From contig CAWBPM010000002.1 of assembly GCA_963790825.1 (NCBI GenBank), positions 295,159-359,158 on the forward strand: a stretch of 64,000 bases of DNA, read 5' to 3'. Numbering within the stretch: position 1 is the first letter of the stretch; every line of letters begins with the position of its first letter. This DNA comes from Candidatus Levyibacteriota bacterium. Its GTDB lineage: Bacteria; Patescibacteriota; Microgenomatia; Levybacterales; UBA12049. The notes beneath the pieces were generated by a model. That model saw only the letters and a program-made list of their open reading frames with translations, made no database searches and was not told where the DNA came from. Of the stretch, positions 37,397-47,651 are shown one piece after another. Both the position numbers and the translations under genes were made by a program.

Positions 37397-38239
37397 ATGA
37401 TAAAAGAGAGACCTCTTAGTGAAAGACCAGCTAACTTTCGAGAAATAGACATTACGCGAACCGTAAATGAACGCTTAGATCAGATAATACAGCAGCATCC
37501 GATTTATAGAAAATATACCCATGAAACAACACACTTACGATCAATTTATGAAGACGAAAGTATTCAGGATGAACTACTTAGATTAAAGCCGGATGGGACG
37601 TATACCCGTCGTCAATTTCTTATTAAATCAGCAATAAACGGAGCGAGAAAGGCTGTAATAGGGACGTTAGTTGTCGGTGTACTCGGCGGAGCAGGGTATG
37701 GGTACTTTGATTTAGGTAGAAAATACTATGATGAGTACCTTTCCCCGGAATCCCAGAAAAAGGCTGCCGCAGAAGCTCTGGAAAAAAGAAAGCAGTTTGA
37801 AGATACACATACATTAAACAGCAAAGCGTCTGTTAAATCTTCTACTGGTTGGAGTATCCGTTATCCGAAAATTAATAAGAGTGAATTTTTTGCTTCTGCA
37901 GGAAAAGAAATTCCTCTGCAGTCAAACCAGATTATCGCTATTGAAGAAAGTAAAAACCTGCAGGGCACAGGAATCGCTGTTTTGGCTGAATATCAGAGAG
38001 TAGATGGACATAAAGTCGCTGAGTTAAATATCGCCCTGGACGGCGAATACGGTGCCGAAGGTACTCACTACCTGCCAGTTCTCTTAAGCACAAAAGGCGC
38101 AACCAATTTTGATCCGAGAATTATTGAATTCGACCATACTTCTGCTAATAAGAGCCAAGTTCAGTACAGATCGTTTAGAATTATCCCGGGAGAGCATATA
38201 AAATTTGCTATGCAACCTGTTATACCACTTCATAGATAA
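37397..38239 (+). CDS. Hypothetical single-pass membrane protein
   Basis: 280 aa. TM segment AVIGTLVVGVLGGAGYGYF. Confidence 0.45.
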   Translation: MIKERPLSERPANFREIDITRTVNERLDQIIQQHPIYRKYTHETTHLRSIYEDESIQDELLRLKPDGTYTRRQFLIKSAINGARKAVIGTLVVGVLGGAGYGYFDLGRKYYDEYLSPESQKKAAAEALEKRKQFEDTHTLNSKASVKSSTGWSIRYPKINKSEFFASAGKEIPLQSNQIIAIEESKNLQGTGIAVLAEYQRVDGHKVAELNIALDGEYGAEGTHYLPVLLSTKGATNFDPRIIEFDHTSANKSQVQYRSFRIIPGEHIKFAMQPVIPLHR

Positions 38240-38349
38240 ACCTACTCTCATTTACTTTCCTTCAACCGACAATTTTCAGGTCTTCCTGTTCATGCTACAA
38301 TTACTGAGAAGATAGATAGTTAAAAGTATAACCTGCGCCAATTAACTGT

Positions 38350-40065
38350 ATGGAAAACAGCGGAACACAAAGATCAAAAATAATTTACCTGGTAACAATT
38401 GTTCTAATTGGTATATTTATCCATGGAATTATTTTATTTAATGGTTTCGTTGGAGACGACACAGAGATGATACTAAATAATACCCTCATGCAGCCGATAA
38501 ATAACATTCCCACATTGTTTACTCACATCTACATAACTCCAGGTATTTCTAATGAAATCTCGGGAGCACATTACAGACCTATGATGCTTGCCTATTTCTC
38601 TCTGATCAAATCGCTCTTCGGAGCTAATCCATTCTTTTTTCATTTACCTCAGCTTCTTTTTCATATTACGAATAGCGTGTTACTATTTCTTTTCTTCACA
38701 TTCTTTTTTCGCAAAAAAGTTGCGTTTGTATTGGCGCTCGTTTTTCTTGTCCATCCGGTAAACGATGAAACTGTTGCCTATATTTCCAATCTTCAGGATA
38801 TTCTCTTTTTCTTCTTCGGTATTTTAGCTATAGTTTTATTGGCAAAACAAAATAGAGACAAATTAACTTCATTTTTCTTAGCGTTCTGTCTACTTTGCTC
38901 TTTGTTATCAAAAGAAACAGCTATTTTATTTTTTATTGTCGCCTGCTTGTACTGGATGTTTTTTATCAGGCAGAAAATAGGGTATTACATATTTATAACC
39001 CTCATTCCCTCCTGTGTTTATCTTTTCCTCCGTTTCACTTCTGCCACTGTTAATTCATTTCGTATAGAACCTTCCCCAATGATGCAATTATCTTTTCCCG
39101 AGCGATTGATCTCAATTCCCAAAGTTATATTTTATTATTTCCAGACATTTTTTTACCCTGCCCAGCTGGCGTTTTCCCAGGAATGGGTAATACACTCGGT
39201 AACGGTAAATGATTTTTATCTTCCCCTGCTATTTGATTTGTTATTTTTTCTTTTTTTTATCGGAATTGCTGTTTATCTCTATAGTTATAAGGAAAATAAG
39301 GAGGTATTTACTAAGTATTTGTTCTTCTTTTTGTGGTTTTGTGCAGGAATGCTTTTCCATATGCAACTAATTCCGCTCGACATGACCGTCGCTGACAGAT
39401 GGTTTTATTTTCCAATTGTGGGGTTACTGGGCATGATTGGAGCGATATCTATCTTATTAAAAAAACCAATTTATAAAAAGTATAAAATACCCATTTTACT
39501 GCTTGTTACTTTCATAATATGCTTATTGTCGATACGGACAATACTGCGAAATTTTGAATGGAGAGACGGCCTCACTCTTTATAGTCATGATATTACGATC
39601 TCCAAAGATTCCGCTAGATTACAAAACAACCTTGGAAACGAATTGGTCAAGAACGGTCAAATCGATGCGGCACTTCCTCATTTCCAACAAGCAGTTGAGC
39701 TTGATCCAAAATTGTGGGTCGCATGGGATAACATAGGAATTATCTATGAGAAGAAGGGACAAATTCAAAAAGCAAAAAAATATTATCAGCTAGCTATGAA
39801 AGAGAATTTTATTCCTGCGTATGAAAATATGGCACGGGTAATTTTGCAGAATGATAATAGTCCGATGCCTGCAAAAACGTTTTGCTTACAAAGTATTAAA
39901 AAATATCCGCTGGACGCAACCCTTTGGTTAACACTGTCACTGTCTGATAATCAGCTGGGAAATCATAAAAACGCGCTTTCAGAAGCAGAACATGCATACA
40001 GTCTTATCCCTGATGAGAAGACTCTGTATGTTATTCAATCCATACAGAGTACGCTGTCTAAATAA
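38350..40065 (+). CDS. Polytopic membrane protein with C-terminal TPR repeats (PMT/TMTC-like glycosyltransferase fold, DUF1736-like)
   Basis: About 11 TM helices with an early loop FVGDDTEM (the DE motif of GT39-like enzymes), then a C-terminal TPR region NLGNELVKNGQIDAALPHFQQAVELDPKLWVAWDNIGIIYEKKGQIQKAKKYYQLA. Confidence 0.55.
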   Translation: MENSGTQRSKIIYLVTIVLIGIFIHGIILFNGFVGDDTEMILNNTLMQPINNIPTLFTHIYITPGISNEISGAHYRPMMLAYFSLIKSLFGANPFFFHLPQLLFHITNSVLLFLFFTFFFRKKVAFVLALVFLVHPVNDETVAYISNLQDILFFFFGILAIVLLAKQNRDKLTSFFLAFCLLCSLLSKETAILFFIVACLYWMFFIRQKIGYYIFITLIPSCVYLFLRFTSATVNSFRIEPSPMMQLSFPERLISIPKVIFYYFQTFFYPAQLAFSQEWVIHSVTVNDFYLPLLFDLLFFLFFIGIAVYLYSYKENKEVFTKYLFFFLWFCAGMLFHMQLIPLDMTVADRWFYFPIVGLLGMIGAISILLKKPIYKKYKIPILLLVTFIICLLSIRTILRNFEWRDGLTLYSHDITISKDSARLQNNLGNELVKNGQIDAALPHFQQAVELDPKLWVAWDNIGIIYEKKGQIQKAKKYYQLAMKENFIPAYENMARVILQNDNSPMPAKTFCLQSIKKYPLDATLWLTLSLSDNQLGNHKNALSEAEHAYSLIPDEKTLYVIQSIQSTLSK

Positions 40066-40234
40066 ATATTATCTAGTCGGGGATACATTACCTTATCCGA
40101 AACTACTATTTAGAAAACCAAAAACGATATTCCACAGCTTTATCTATGGATTGAATTCTAATCCAGCCTCTCCAGCCGATCTTTGTCTTCTTGATACTGT
40201 AAGATGGCTTGGAAAATAGTCTTGAGACGGATAT

Positions 40235-41590
40235 CTATGTGGATGATATTCCTTTTCGTAAGGGGAAGATGACAATAAATTGCGAGCCTTGATTTTGAAT
40301 ACTCTCGACCGATATTTTACCACCCATTTTTTCTACCAGTTGTTTTGTAATCCATAGTCCCAAACCTGTTCCATATACATCTTTCGTTTTTTCATTATAT
40401 AACCGTGAAAATTTACTAAATAATTTTTGCCGGTCTTCCTCAGAGATACCTACTCCCGTGTCTCTGACAAATACCTTTATATTATTTTTTTCGATCTCAG
40501 TGTAAATAGTTACACTTCCTTCAGGTGTATATTTAAGTGCATTACTTATCAAGTTTGAGAAAATTTCAATCATTTTATTTTTATCACATAAAACCGGAAG
40601 AGGATTTTGATACGGGGTATAGATTAAGGATAAATGCTTTTCTTGGAACTGAATTTTGAAGTCAGAAATAACATTCTGTATGATGTCCCGAATGTCCGAA
40701 ACTCCTAAGTCAAACTTCACCCGTTTCTCTTCAATACGAGAAACATCAAGTAAATTTTCAACTAAAACCATAAGACGGGTTGTGCTTTCAAGCAGAATAT
40801 TTACTTGTCTTTGCAATTTATCATTTATTTTCACCAGCGGATCATTAAGTATTAACAACGTATAACCATGTATGGCAGTAAGAGGAGTGCGGAGTTCATG
40901 TGAGGCAACGGAAATAAAATCATCTTTAAGTTTATCTACTTCATTTAGTTTCTTATATAATAGCGATATTTCAAAAAATCTGAAGTGGTTCAAGAGTAAT
41001 AGCATGATAACGAACATAGTGACGGCTAATATTATGAAAGAATCCTGGGTCGTTCGATTACTCATAAGATCAATTTCTGAAGCTGAGAGATATAAATTAA
41101 CAACTGCAATTTTATTACCGGTTGCATCATGAACAACCGACACAACAAGCCAAATACGTTCAGGCTTTCCTTGTCCGACAGCTGCAAAAATTTCTTTTGA
41201 TAATGTCTGGTTAGTATCCCACGCAAGATGATTAAGTATTGAATCAGAAACTAATTGTGTCAGAGGAGATGTTGTAGCTAAAGATGAAAAATCATTTTGA
41301 TTTGGCCGAAATACTTCAATCGCTTTTATTTCCGGAAGATCTTTGATGATATCACGTACATAGCTCTGGACATCGGAATTTGTATTAATCTTTTCCTCCA
41401 GTCCCCGTGACAAAACCGTTTCAACCAGTAATGCTTTGTTTGTAAGTTCAAAATCCATATCCCGCTTTTGAGCGTTAAGCAGAAATAATGTATTTGTAGC
41501 AATTGCAATAGGAACTATAATTATGACTACTATTGCATAAATAAGCTGGGAATTATTTGATGTAATAAAAAATTTTGGGATGAATCTCAT
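40235..41590 (-). CDS. Sensor histidine kinase
   Basis: H-box SVASHELRTPLTAIHGY. G2 box GTGLGLWITKQLVEKMGG. N-terminal TM plus an extracytoplasmic sensor domain. Confidence 0.8.
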   Translation of the reverse strand: MRFIPKFFITSNNSQLIYAIVVIIIVPIAIATNTLFLLNAQKRDMDFELTNKALLVETVLSRGLEEKINTNSDVQSYVRDIIKDLPEIKAIEVFRPNQNDFSSLATTSPLTQLVSDSILNHLAWDTNQTLSKEIFAAVGQGKPERIWLVVSVVHDATGNKIAVVNLYLSASEIDLMSNRTTQDSFIILAVTMFVIMLLLLNHFRFFEISLLYKKLNEVDKLKDDFISVASHELRTPLTAIHGYTLLILNDPLVKINDKLQRQVNILLESTTRLMVLVENLLDVSRIEEKRVKFDLGVSDIRDIIQNVISDFKIQFQEKHLSLIYTPYQNPLPVLCDKNKMIEIFSNLISNALKYTPEGSVTIYTEIEKNNIKVFVRDTGVGISEEDRQKLFSKFSRLYNEKTKDVYGTGLGLWITKQLVEKMGGKISVESIQNQGSQFIVIFPLRKGISST

Positions 41591-43095
41591 GGTTTATAAA
41601 GTGAATCTATTTTTTTAAATTGAAATATGGCATATAGAACTGCAAGTGATACTAAGATTGCTGTTACAGTTAGGATAATGAAGTTTTGTATGGCTGAATC
41701 TTCACTGGTTGAAGCAAGCTCCAAACTTTGATTATCCCTGCTCGCCGCAAACGCAGAAGTTATAAAAAATGTTGCAATCTGTGATCTGATTTTTGTCCCA
41801 TCCGGTCTTGATACGACAGCATAGGTTGTATGTTTTCCAGGATCAAGTGGCTTCTCTAGATCATAGGTCCATACCCCGTTTGCGTCAGTTTTCACGGTCA
41901 CGATGAGAGGATTTGAATAAATCAAAAGCGTAATAATATAATTCGGGACTGATTTCCCTGTTATGGTAAGTGCTGTTTTATTTTGTACTTGTGTATTTTT
42001 AATCGTTGTAATACCGGTTTTTGTATCCACTGGAAAAGTGAGAGTATTAAAACGGGACGGTAGAATTATAGTTCTCTCAGTATTTAACTCCCCATTTTGT
42101 TGATTCGCAACTGTTATTTCGATTGAAGGAATAAGTATTTTTGTACCTGTGTTGCTTGATGCAACCGCATTCAGTACGTATTGTCCGTTTGGAGTATTTG
42201 TTGTATCCCAGCTAAATTTTGTTGATGTTGCATTGTCCGGAATGAAAGCTTGACCTAAATATAAATATCCTGTGTCATTATTGACTAAAACTTTGAGTCC
42301 AATATCAACTGAGGAGTTTCCTATACCACTTATGTTTAATACTATTGATTTATTTACTGTTTGTCCATTTTTAAGATTTTGTATGAAATAACTGGGTGCT
42401 GTCTCGATCTGACTGGGTGAGGTATAGCTGTTTGGTAATACCGCTATTGTTGGCGTGACCACATCAATGGTATTCCAGAATTGGCCAACAACAGGAGTGG
42501 GGGTAGGCGCAGCAAGCAAGGTATTTACTGTACTAAGTGTCGGTGTTGGAAGTAATGATGAGTAAGGAGTGGGAGACCATGTGGGTGTGGGAAAGTAATA
42601 AGAGCTCTGTGTTGGTATCAAGGTTACTGTTGGAGGATATATTATTGGAGTACTTGTTGGTGAGGGTATATTTGTTGGTGTGGCAGTAGGCTGCTGTATA
42701 CAGCAAACTTGTTGAGTTGTTCCGCCCGGTATATCAGAACAATCAGATGGGCCGGTATTTGTTTCACTACCGGAACATGACTGTGCGCAATGTCCTCCGG
42801 TTGCACTGCACTGTGTGCCGGTATATCCCCCGACGCAGCAAACTGCTGTACCACCATTACCATTACTATCGGTACAACTATAATTACTATCAACTGATCC
42901 GCCATCCGGTCCGGGACAATGAACCGGATTTACACATTTTCCGCCGCTGCTATTTCCGCACATATTGGTAGAAGATAACACCTGCGAAGCTATATTCGGA
43001 GAAGTGGATTTAGAATTAGAATGTGAGAGAAGGAAAATAAAAAATAGCTCAATGCAGATGAGGCAAATGATTAGTAAGAGCATAATTCTTTTCAT
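41587..43095 (-). CDS. Secreted Cys-rich, Pro/Thr-rich protein with a C-terminal anchor, hypothetical
   Basis: Signal peptide, Cys-rich block of about 20 Cys, PT-rich linker, beta-rich domain and a C-terminal hydrophobic helix. Confidence 0.5.
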   Translation of the reverse strand: MKRIMLLLIICLICIELFFIFLLSHSNSKSTSPNIASQVLSSTNMCGNSSGGKCVNPVHCPGPDGGSVDSNYSCTDSNGNGGTAVCCVGGYTGTQCSATGGHCAQSCSGSETNTGPSDCSDIPGGTTQQVCCIQQPTATPTNIPSPTSTPIIYPPTVTLIPTQSSYYFPTPTWSPTPYSSLLPTPTLSTVNTLLAAPTPTPVVGQFWNTIDVVTPTIAVLPNSYTSPSQIETAPSYFIQNLKNGQTVNKSIVLNISGIGNSSVDIGLKVLVNNDTGYLYLGQAFIPDNATSTKFSWDTTNTPNGQYVLNAVASSNTGTKILIPSIEITVANQQNGELNTERTIILPSRFNTLTFPVDTKTGITTIKNTQVQNKTALTITGKSVPNYIITLLIYSNPLIVTVKTDANGVWTYDLEKPLDPGKHTTYAVVSRPDGTKIRSQIATFFITSAFAASRDNQSLELASTSEDSAIQNFIILTVTAILVSLAVLYAIFQFKKIDSLYKP

Positions 43096-43419
43096 AATTT
43101 AATAATGAGTTATCTATAAATAAAAAGCAAGAAAGAATTAGTATTAAACAATTCTTGAACTTATCAAAAATATATTGCCACAGTAGTCCAAATGGTTAAT
43201 CCTGTAGTTAAAGATACTATTTGTCGTTTTATTTTCTGAACTTTACTGCGGACGGAGAGAAAGTACTATCACACCAAGCTAAAGAACTATTTGCAACCCT
43301 TTAAAACTGAGTTCTCTGTTATCTAGCCGGGGATACAGTATGATATTCGGAACTTCTATCTGGAAAACCCTAACGATATTCCAAAGCTCTTTTTAGTTTC
43401 TTATGTTTTAGTAAAAATC

Positions 43420-43930
43420 TTATCCTCTATTTTTGTTTAAATATTTTCTTGTTATAAACAATATTACAGGTATAAAGATATAACTAATCAATCCTATAAT
43501 TACTAAATTATAATTATGGCGGTAATATGCTGAATTAAAATATTGAACAATAAAGAATGAACCACCAATGAATAAATAGATAAATAGAAGAATTATATGA
43601 CTCCAAATCCACCTTATCCTAGTTTTAATACTTGTGAATTTAGTTGATAAAAAGTAGGCATATATTATTCCTAATCCGTATGTAATAAATTGCCAATATA
43701 TAGGAATAGAAAAATAATCTCCACCATATCCAAATATATTTCCTAATTGTTGAATAATTATTATTGGAAGAAAAAATAATGCTTTTAGAAATATTATGAT
43801 ACCAATTAGTATGTTGAATAGGGGAATGGTTCTTAAGCTAATATAGTAAACATTAGTATTAATTGTGAAAAATATATCAATAGATAATATTAATACAAAA
43901 AAATAGGAACAGAATTAGTTTATTACTCAT
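43420..43930 (-). pseudogene. Frameshifted small polytopic membrane protein gene in a ~20% GC island
   Basis: ATG at 43928-43930 gives 17 codons and then a stop. A +1 shift at the A7 run (43897-43903) opens a ~150-codon frame (VLILSIDIFFTINTNVYYISL...IPVILFITRKYLNKNRG) ending at 43420. That frame contains no Met. The region is strongly AT-rich compared with its flanks. Confidence 0.35.
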
Positions 43931-44027
43931 TATTTACATTATTGCACAAAATTAGGTGAATACAAGTATAAAAGACAGGATTTATATATTGGATAACCTT
44001 TTCTTTTATAAAGCTAACTGAGTAAAG

Positions 44028-44101
44028 TCGGGGACAAAGGACTTGAACCTTCGACCTCGCGGTCCCAAACCGCGCGCTCTAGCCAACTGAGCTAGTCCCC
44101 G
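44028..44101 (-). tRNA. tRNA-Pro (anticodon TGG)
   Basis: Acceptor CGGGGAC/GTCCCCG (C1-G72 is typical for Pro), D-arm GCTC-AGTTGGCTA-GAGC, anticodon stem CGCGG/CCGCG with loop TTTGGGA, T-arm GAAGG-TTCAAGT-CCTTT. Confidence 0.85.
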
Positions 44102-44227
44102 AGTAGCAAGTGTATTATACAATAAGGTAAAGGTGAAAGAAACAGTAGGTGACTGAGTAGCAGGCAAAACATTATTTCAACAAATATAAGAAGCAAAAGA
44201 AAAGTAGTATTAAATCAAAGGCCTCAA

Positions 44228-44674
44228 TCACCGGGTCCTCGGAAGAGTCCGCTTATAATAATCGTGTATCGCTATTTTATAAACCTTTCTACGTTGCTCT
44301 TCCGTCAGCGAGGTAAAATTTCGGGTATACCTTTCGGGTACCGGTAAATATTCAAATTCACCTTTAATAAGATCAGCTTCTTGAGTAGCAGCATCATTAA
44401 TTTCCACTCTGAAAAGAGCACCAGGTTTTCGCTGTGTTTCCTGAATATATTCACTACTAATAATAAAAGTATTACCAAGGGTTTCATTAGATAAAAAGGG
44501 GAAAGATACGATTGTCATGCCGTCTGACTGATTTTCTTTGGACCCAAAAGATATTATAGTAGCTACAGTAGGCCACCTACGCTCAGGCCGCTGGGGTAAC
44601 GGTTCTACGCGAGAAACCCCACCAGCAGAATTTCTAAAACCAGAGCTCTCAAGTTCTTTTGCTAATATAGCCAT
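44228..44674 (-). CDS. Hypothetical protein
   Basis: 148-aa ORF with good coding appearance. Confidence 0.4.
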   Translation of the reverse strand: MAILAKELESSGFRNSAGGVSRVEPLPQRPERRWPTVATIISFGSKENQSDGMTIVSFPFLSNETLGNTFIISSEYIQETQRKPGALFRVEINDAATQEADLIKGEFEYLPVPERYTRNFTSLTEEQRRKVYKIAIHDYYKRTLPRTR

Positions 44675-44879
44675 TAGTATTAATATTATTAAAGTTATAT
44701 AAGTATAAAATTAAAGGAGGGTATGAAAATTGTAATATTTTGAGGAGTAATTATTTACCAAGACATCTGGTACCCCCTATGGGACGATATTCGAACCCAT
44801 ATTCAATAACTTGGTCCTACAGAAAAAGAGTTTATGTTGAAAAATATTAAATGAGGGAAACTATGAAGAAATGTGTATA

Positions 44880-45080
44880 TTATTTTGCTTTATTTGCTCT
44901 TCCTCTCCAAAGAAAACTACCAAACAACATCATAACTCCTACAACTATTCCTGCTACAAGTACTGGCATACCAGCTGCTCCAGATGATAGTGAACATAAA
45001 CCCAATATTATTGCAACTACACCTGCGCCTAATGTAAGACCCGCCATATATATTGCTTTTTCTCGTGGTGTATTTCCCAT
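44880..45080 (-). CDS. Small two-helix membrane protein
   Basis: The minus-strand 66-aa product is strongly hydrophobic (GLTLGAGVVAIILGLCSL, VLVAGIVVGVMMLFGSFLW). It is preferred over the overlapping plus-strand ORF. Confidence 0.3.
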   Translation of the reverse strand: MGNTPREKAIYMAGLTLGAGVVAIILGLCSLSSGAAGMPVLVAGIVVGVMMLFGSFLWRGRANKAK

Positions 45081-45259
45081 GTTTTGATTATGGTATACGA
45101 TATTTTAAATGTCAATAGAAGAGTTTTGAAAACCCAAATATATTATAGGTCTTGGTACCCCATATGGAACGATGTCCGAACCTACGTAGCCTCACTTGAG
45201 TCTAAAGAAAAGACCGAATTGTTGCTAATTCTACAAAAAAATAAAACGGGATAAATCTA

Positions 45260-46198
45260 TTAGCTTTTATGTTGTTTAACAAAATTATCAAGATCTGCTT
45301 TTTCAATACGAATAAATTTTCCGCCTAATTTTACAGCTTTTAGTTTATTACTTCTAACATACCTTCTAACGCTTTCCGGATCAATCTGAAGTATTCTTGC
45401 CACCTCAATGGTTGTATAAAAAATTTGATTTTGTTGCTTTAACGAAATTGATTCCTGCGGCTTGAATGCTTCTAGGTAAATATCCAAAGATCTATTTATC
45501 GCATCATAGATTAATTCATAGTATGCGTTCATCTGTTCTTTTGTTTGCCCTATTTCCAGTGCAGTAAGATATCTATTTCTTTCTTCTTTTTTAATAATTG
45601 CAGGAGGAAAACCTGTCTGGATTAAGATAAAATTCATTAAAAGTCTGGCTGTCCGACCATTACCATCAGTAAACGGATGAATAGTTACCAGTTTAAAATG
45701 AGCATCACTAGCTAATTGTACTGGATTATCATTTGCAGTTCGTAACCATTGCACAAATTCGTTCATTAAGTCTGGTACCTTTAATGGGTTAGGAAGAATA
45801 GTTGTTGAGCCGGCTATTCTAACCGGAGTACTTCGTAATCTTCCAGCATTTGTATCATCAATTTTTTCTAATATAATTCTATGAATCTGCAGAATATCTT
45901 GAAATGTCAGTTCTTCTCTCTTTTTTTGCCGGGCTAGTCCTTGAATATAGGAAAAAGCCTTTGCATGATTAATTGCCTCTAAATGTTCATTTAGACTTTT
46001 ACCTTCCACTGTAATCCCTTTTTCCACAACAAGAGCAGTCTCTTGCCGAGATAGCGTATTCCCTTCAATTGCATTTGAAGTATAAGTTAATTCAACCCTA
46101 TACCACTCTTCAAGGTTATTTTCTATTGTCTTTGAAAAGGGTTTATAGCTATCCAAAAGGGATTTTTTTAGAAGAAGATCTTTTAGAATTTCATTCAT
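45260..46198 (-). CDS. fic: Fic-family protein with a C-terminal excisionase/MerR-like HTH
   Basis: Canonical HPFTDGNGRTARLL. The C-terminal IEVARILQIDPESVRRYVRSNKLKAVKLGGKFIRIEKADLDNFV resembles an Xis-type HTH. Confidence 0.8.
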   Translation of the reverse strand: MNEILKDLLLKKSLLDSYKPFSKTIENNLEEWYRVELTYTSNAIEGNTLSRQETALVVEKGITVEGKSLNEHLEAINHAKAFSYIQGLARQKKREELTFQDILQIHRIILEKIDDTNAGRLRSTPVRIAGSTTILPNPLKVPDLMNEFVQWLRTANDNPVQLASDAHFKLVTIHPFTDGNGRTARLLMNFILIQTGFPPAIIKKEERNRYLTALEIGQTKEQMNAYYELIYDAINRSLDIYLEAFKPQESISLKQQNQIFYTTIEVARILQIDPESVRRYVRSNKLKAVKLGGKFIRIEKADLDNFVKQHKS

Positions 46199-46375
46199 AC
46201 ATTGCTATTTTATACTACTTAAGACGACTTGTCAAGGATAAAAGTAGCATTGTATAGTAATGAATAGCAATAAGCCTATAATGGTGTACCCCTGGTGCAA
46301 ATTGCTTCGAACCCCTGCTGGCTCATTTTAATAATTTGATGGAGGCTTATCAAGCTGCCGGAGAGGAGACTAGGC

Positions 46376-46825
46376 ATGAATAACCTTCTTATTTCCCAAT
46401 TATTCGATGAGACAACCTTCTATGAACAGTTCATACATGATTTAGAAAAGTGCCAACAAGAGGTTATAATCGAAAGCCCGTTTATCACAACTGATAGAGC
46501 ACAACTATTTTTGCCGATTTTTCAACGCCTGCTGGATAAAGGAACCAAAATTTACATAGTTACCAGAGATCCGAAAGAACATTTTGAGGGAATGGAGGTT
46601 CAGTCTGAAGCAATTATACGAAAGTTTGAAGAAATGGGAGTCCAGACATTTCTCTGTTTAGGCAATCATCACCGGAAACTTGCGATTCTTGATAAACAAA
46701 TACTTTGGGAGGGAAGCTTGAATATCCTCTCTCAAACACATAGTATGGAAATTATGCGAAGAATTGATAATGACAGCCTAACTTTAGAAATGTTTCGCTT
46801 TCTTAAATTTTACAAATATATCTGA
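46376..46825 (+). CDS. Phospholipase D-like (HKD) nuclease, paralog 2
   Basis: HHRKLAILDKQILWEGSLNILSQ HKD motif. Colinear with 26644-27102. Preceded by the tRNA-Arg 3-prime-end motif at 46283-46295. Confidence 0.7.
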   Translation: MNNLLISQLFDETTFYEQFIHDLEKCQQEVIIESPFITTDRAQLFLPIFQRLLDKGTKIYIVTRDPKEHFEGMEVQSEAIIRKFEEMGVQTFLCLGNHHRKLAILDKQILWEGSLNILSQTHSMEIMRRIDNDSLTLEMFRFLKFYKYI

Positions 46826-46864
46826 GATTTCTGGTTGAATATGTGGGAATTATTTATCGAAAGA

Positions 46865-47458
46865 CTATGCTTGTTGACTCTTGATAAAATCTTCAAGCTC
46901 TTGAAGAGGATTATTGCCATATTTTTCTTTGAAGTATTCCCCTTGTAATACTAATCCTTGTAATTCATGTGGTTGCAACATGTACTTAATTCCATTGTTA
47001 CCAGAACCAGGTTGTATTCTTTTTTCTTGAGGTGGTAACACAGCTAGTCCTCCTACATCAGCTTTATCTTGTAACCAATGAAGGGTTTCTTCTACGCCAA
47101 AACTCTCATAATACTGTCTTACTGTTAGTTGTGGCTTTATTGGGATATCACTACCATAATCTTCTACTATGGTTGCTGATAAATCCATTCCATCTAATTT
47201 TCTTAGCTCGTCAACTTGTAGCCCGATAAGCTTTTCTCCATTTTCAATTTTTACGAAACCATTTATTCCTGTCATAGAACCCGTATGTTCACCTATCTTA
47301 AGCTTAGGACTATCTGCTCGCTGGTACCTTTTTAACACCCATTTCATTCCAGAATCGAGTCCCATTAGCGCTTCGTTTAAAACGGGCGCTTCTGCACTTA
47401 GATTATAGTGCTGTTTGAGACTATTTATTACTCCTTCATAAGGCGCAGGGGATTCCAT
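46865..47458 (-). CDS. Hypothetical protein
   Basis: 197-aa ORF with good coding appearance. Confidence 0.45.
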   Translation of the reverse strand: MESPAPYEGVINSLKQHYNLSAEAPVLNEALMGLDSGMKWVLKRYQRADSPKLKIGEHTGSMTGINGFVKIENGEKLIGLQVDELRKLDGMDLSATIVEDYGSDIPIKPQLTVRQYYESFGVEETLHWLQDKADVGGLAVLPPQEKRIQPGSGNNGIKYMLQPHELQGLVLQGEYFKEKYGNNPLQELEDFIKSQQA

Positions 47459-47651
47459 ATTACATATTAGTAGTATACCAAAATATAATAATGATATTTT
47501 TAGATTCTACATATTCAACTACGCATCCAGTTTAAAAACACACTAGAAAATAAGTTTTCGAACATCCCATAAAGTGTTCGAGTCCCTCCAGGATTAGCCC
47601 TTCTTTGAGGCCATGAAAAATAAGATTAAATTTGAGGACTAATTAGTAGAT

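Noticed and set aside
42642-42971. 87-aa and 84-aa ORFs inside the Cys/Pro-Thr-rich secreted protein gene
   Set aside because: Low-complexity, repeat-driven frames (His/Tyr-rich) that are fully embedded in the longer minus-strand ORF.
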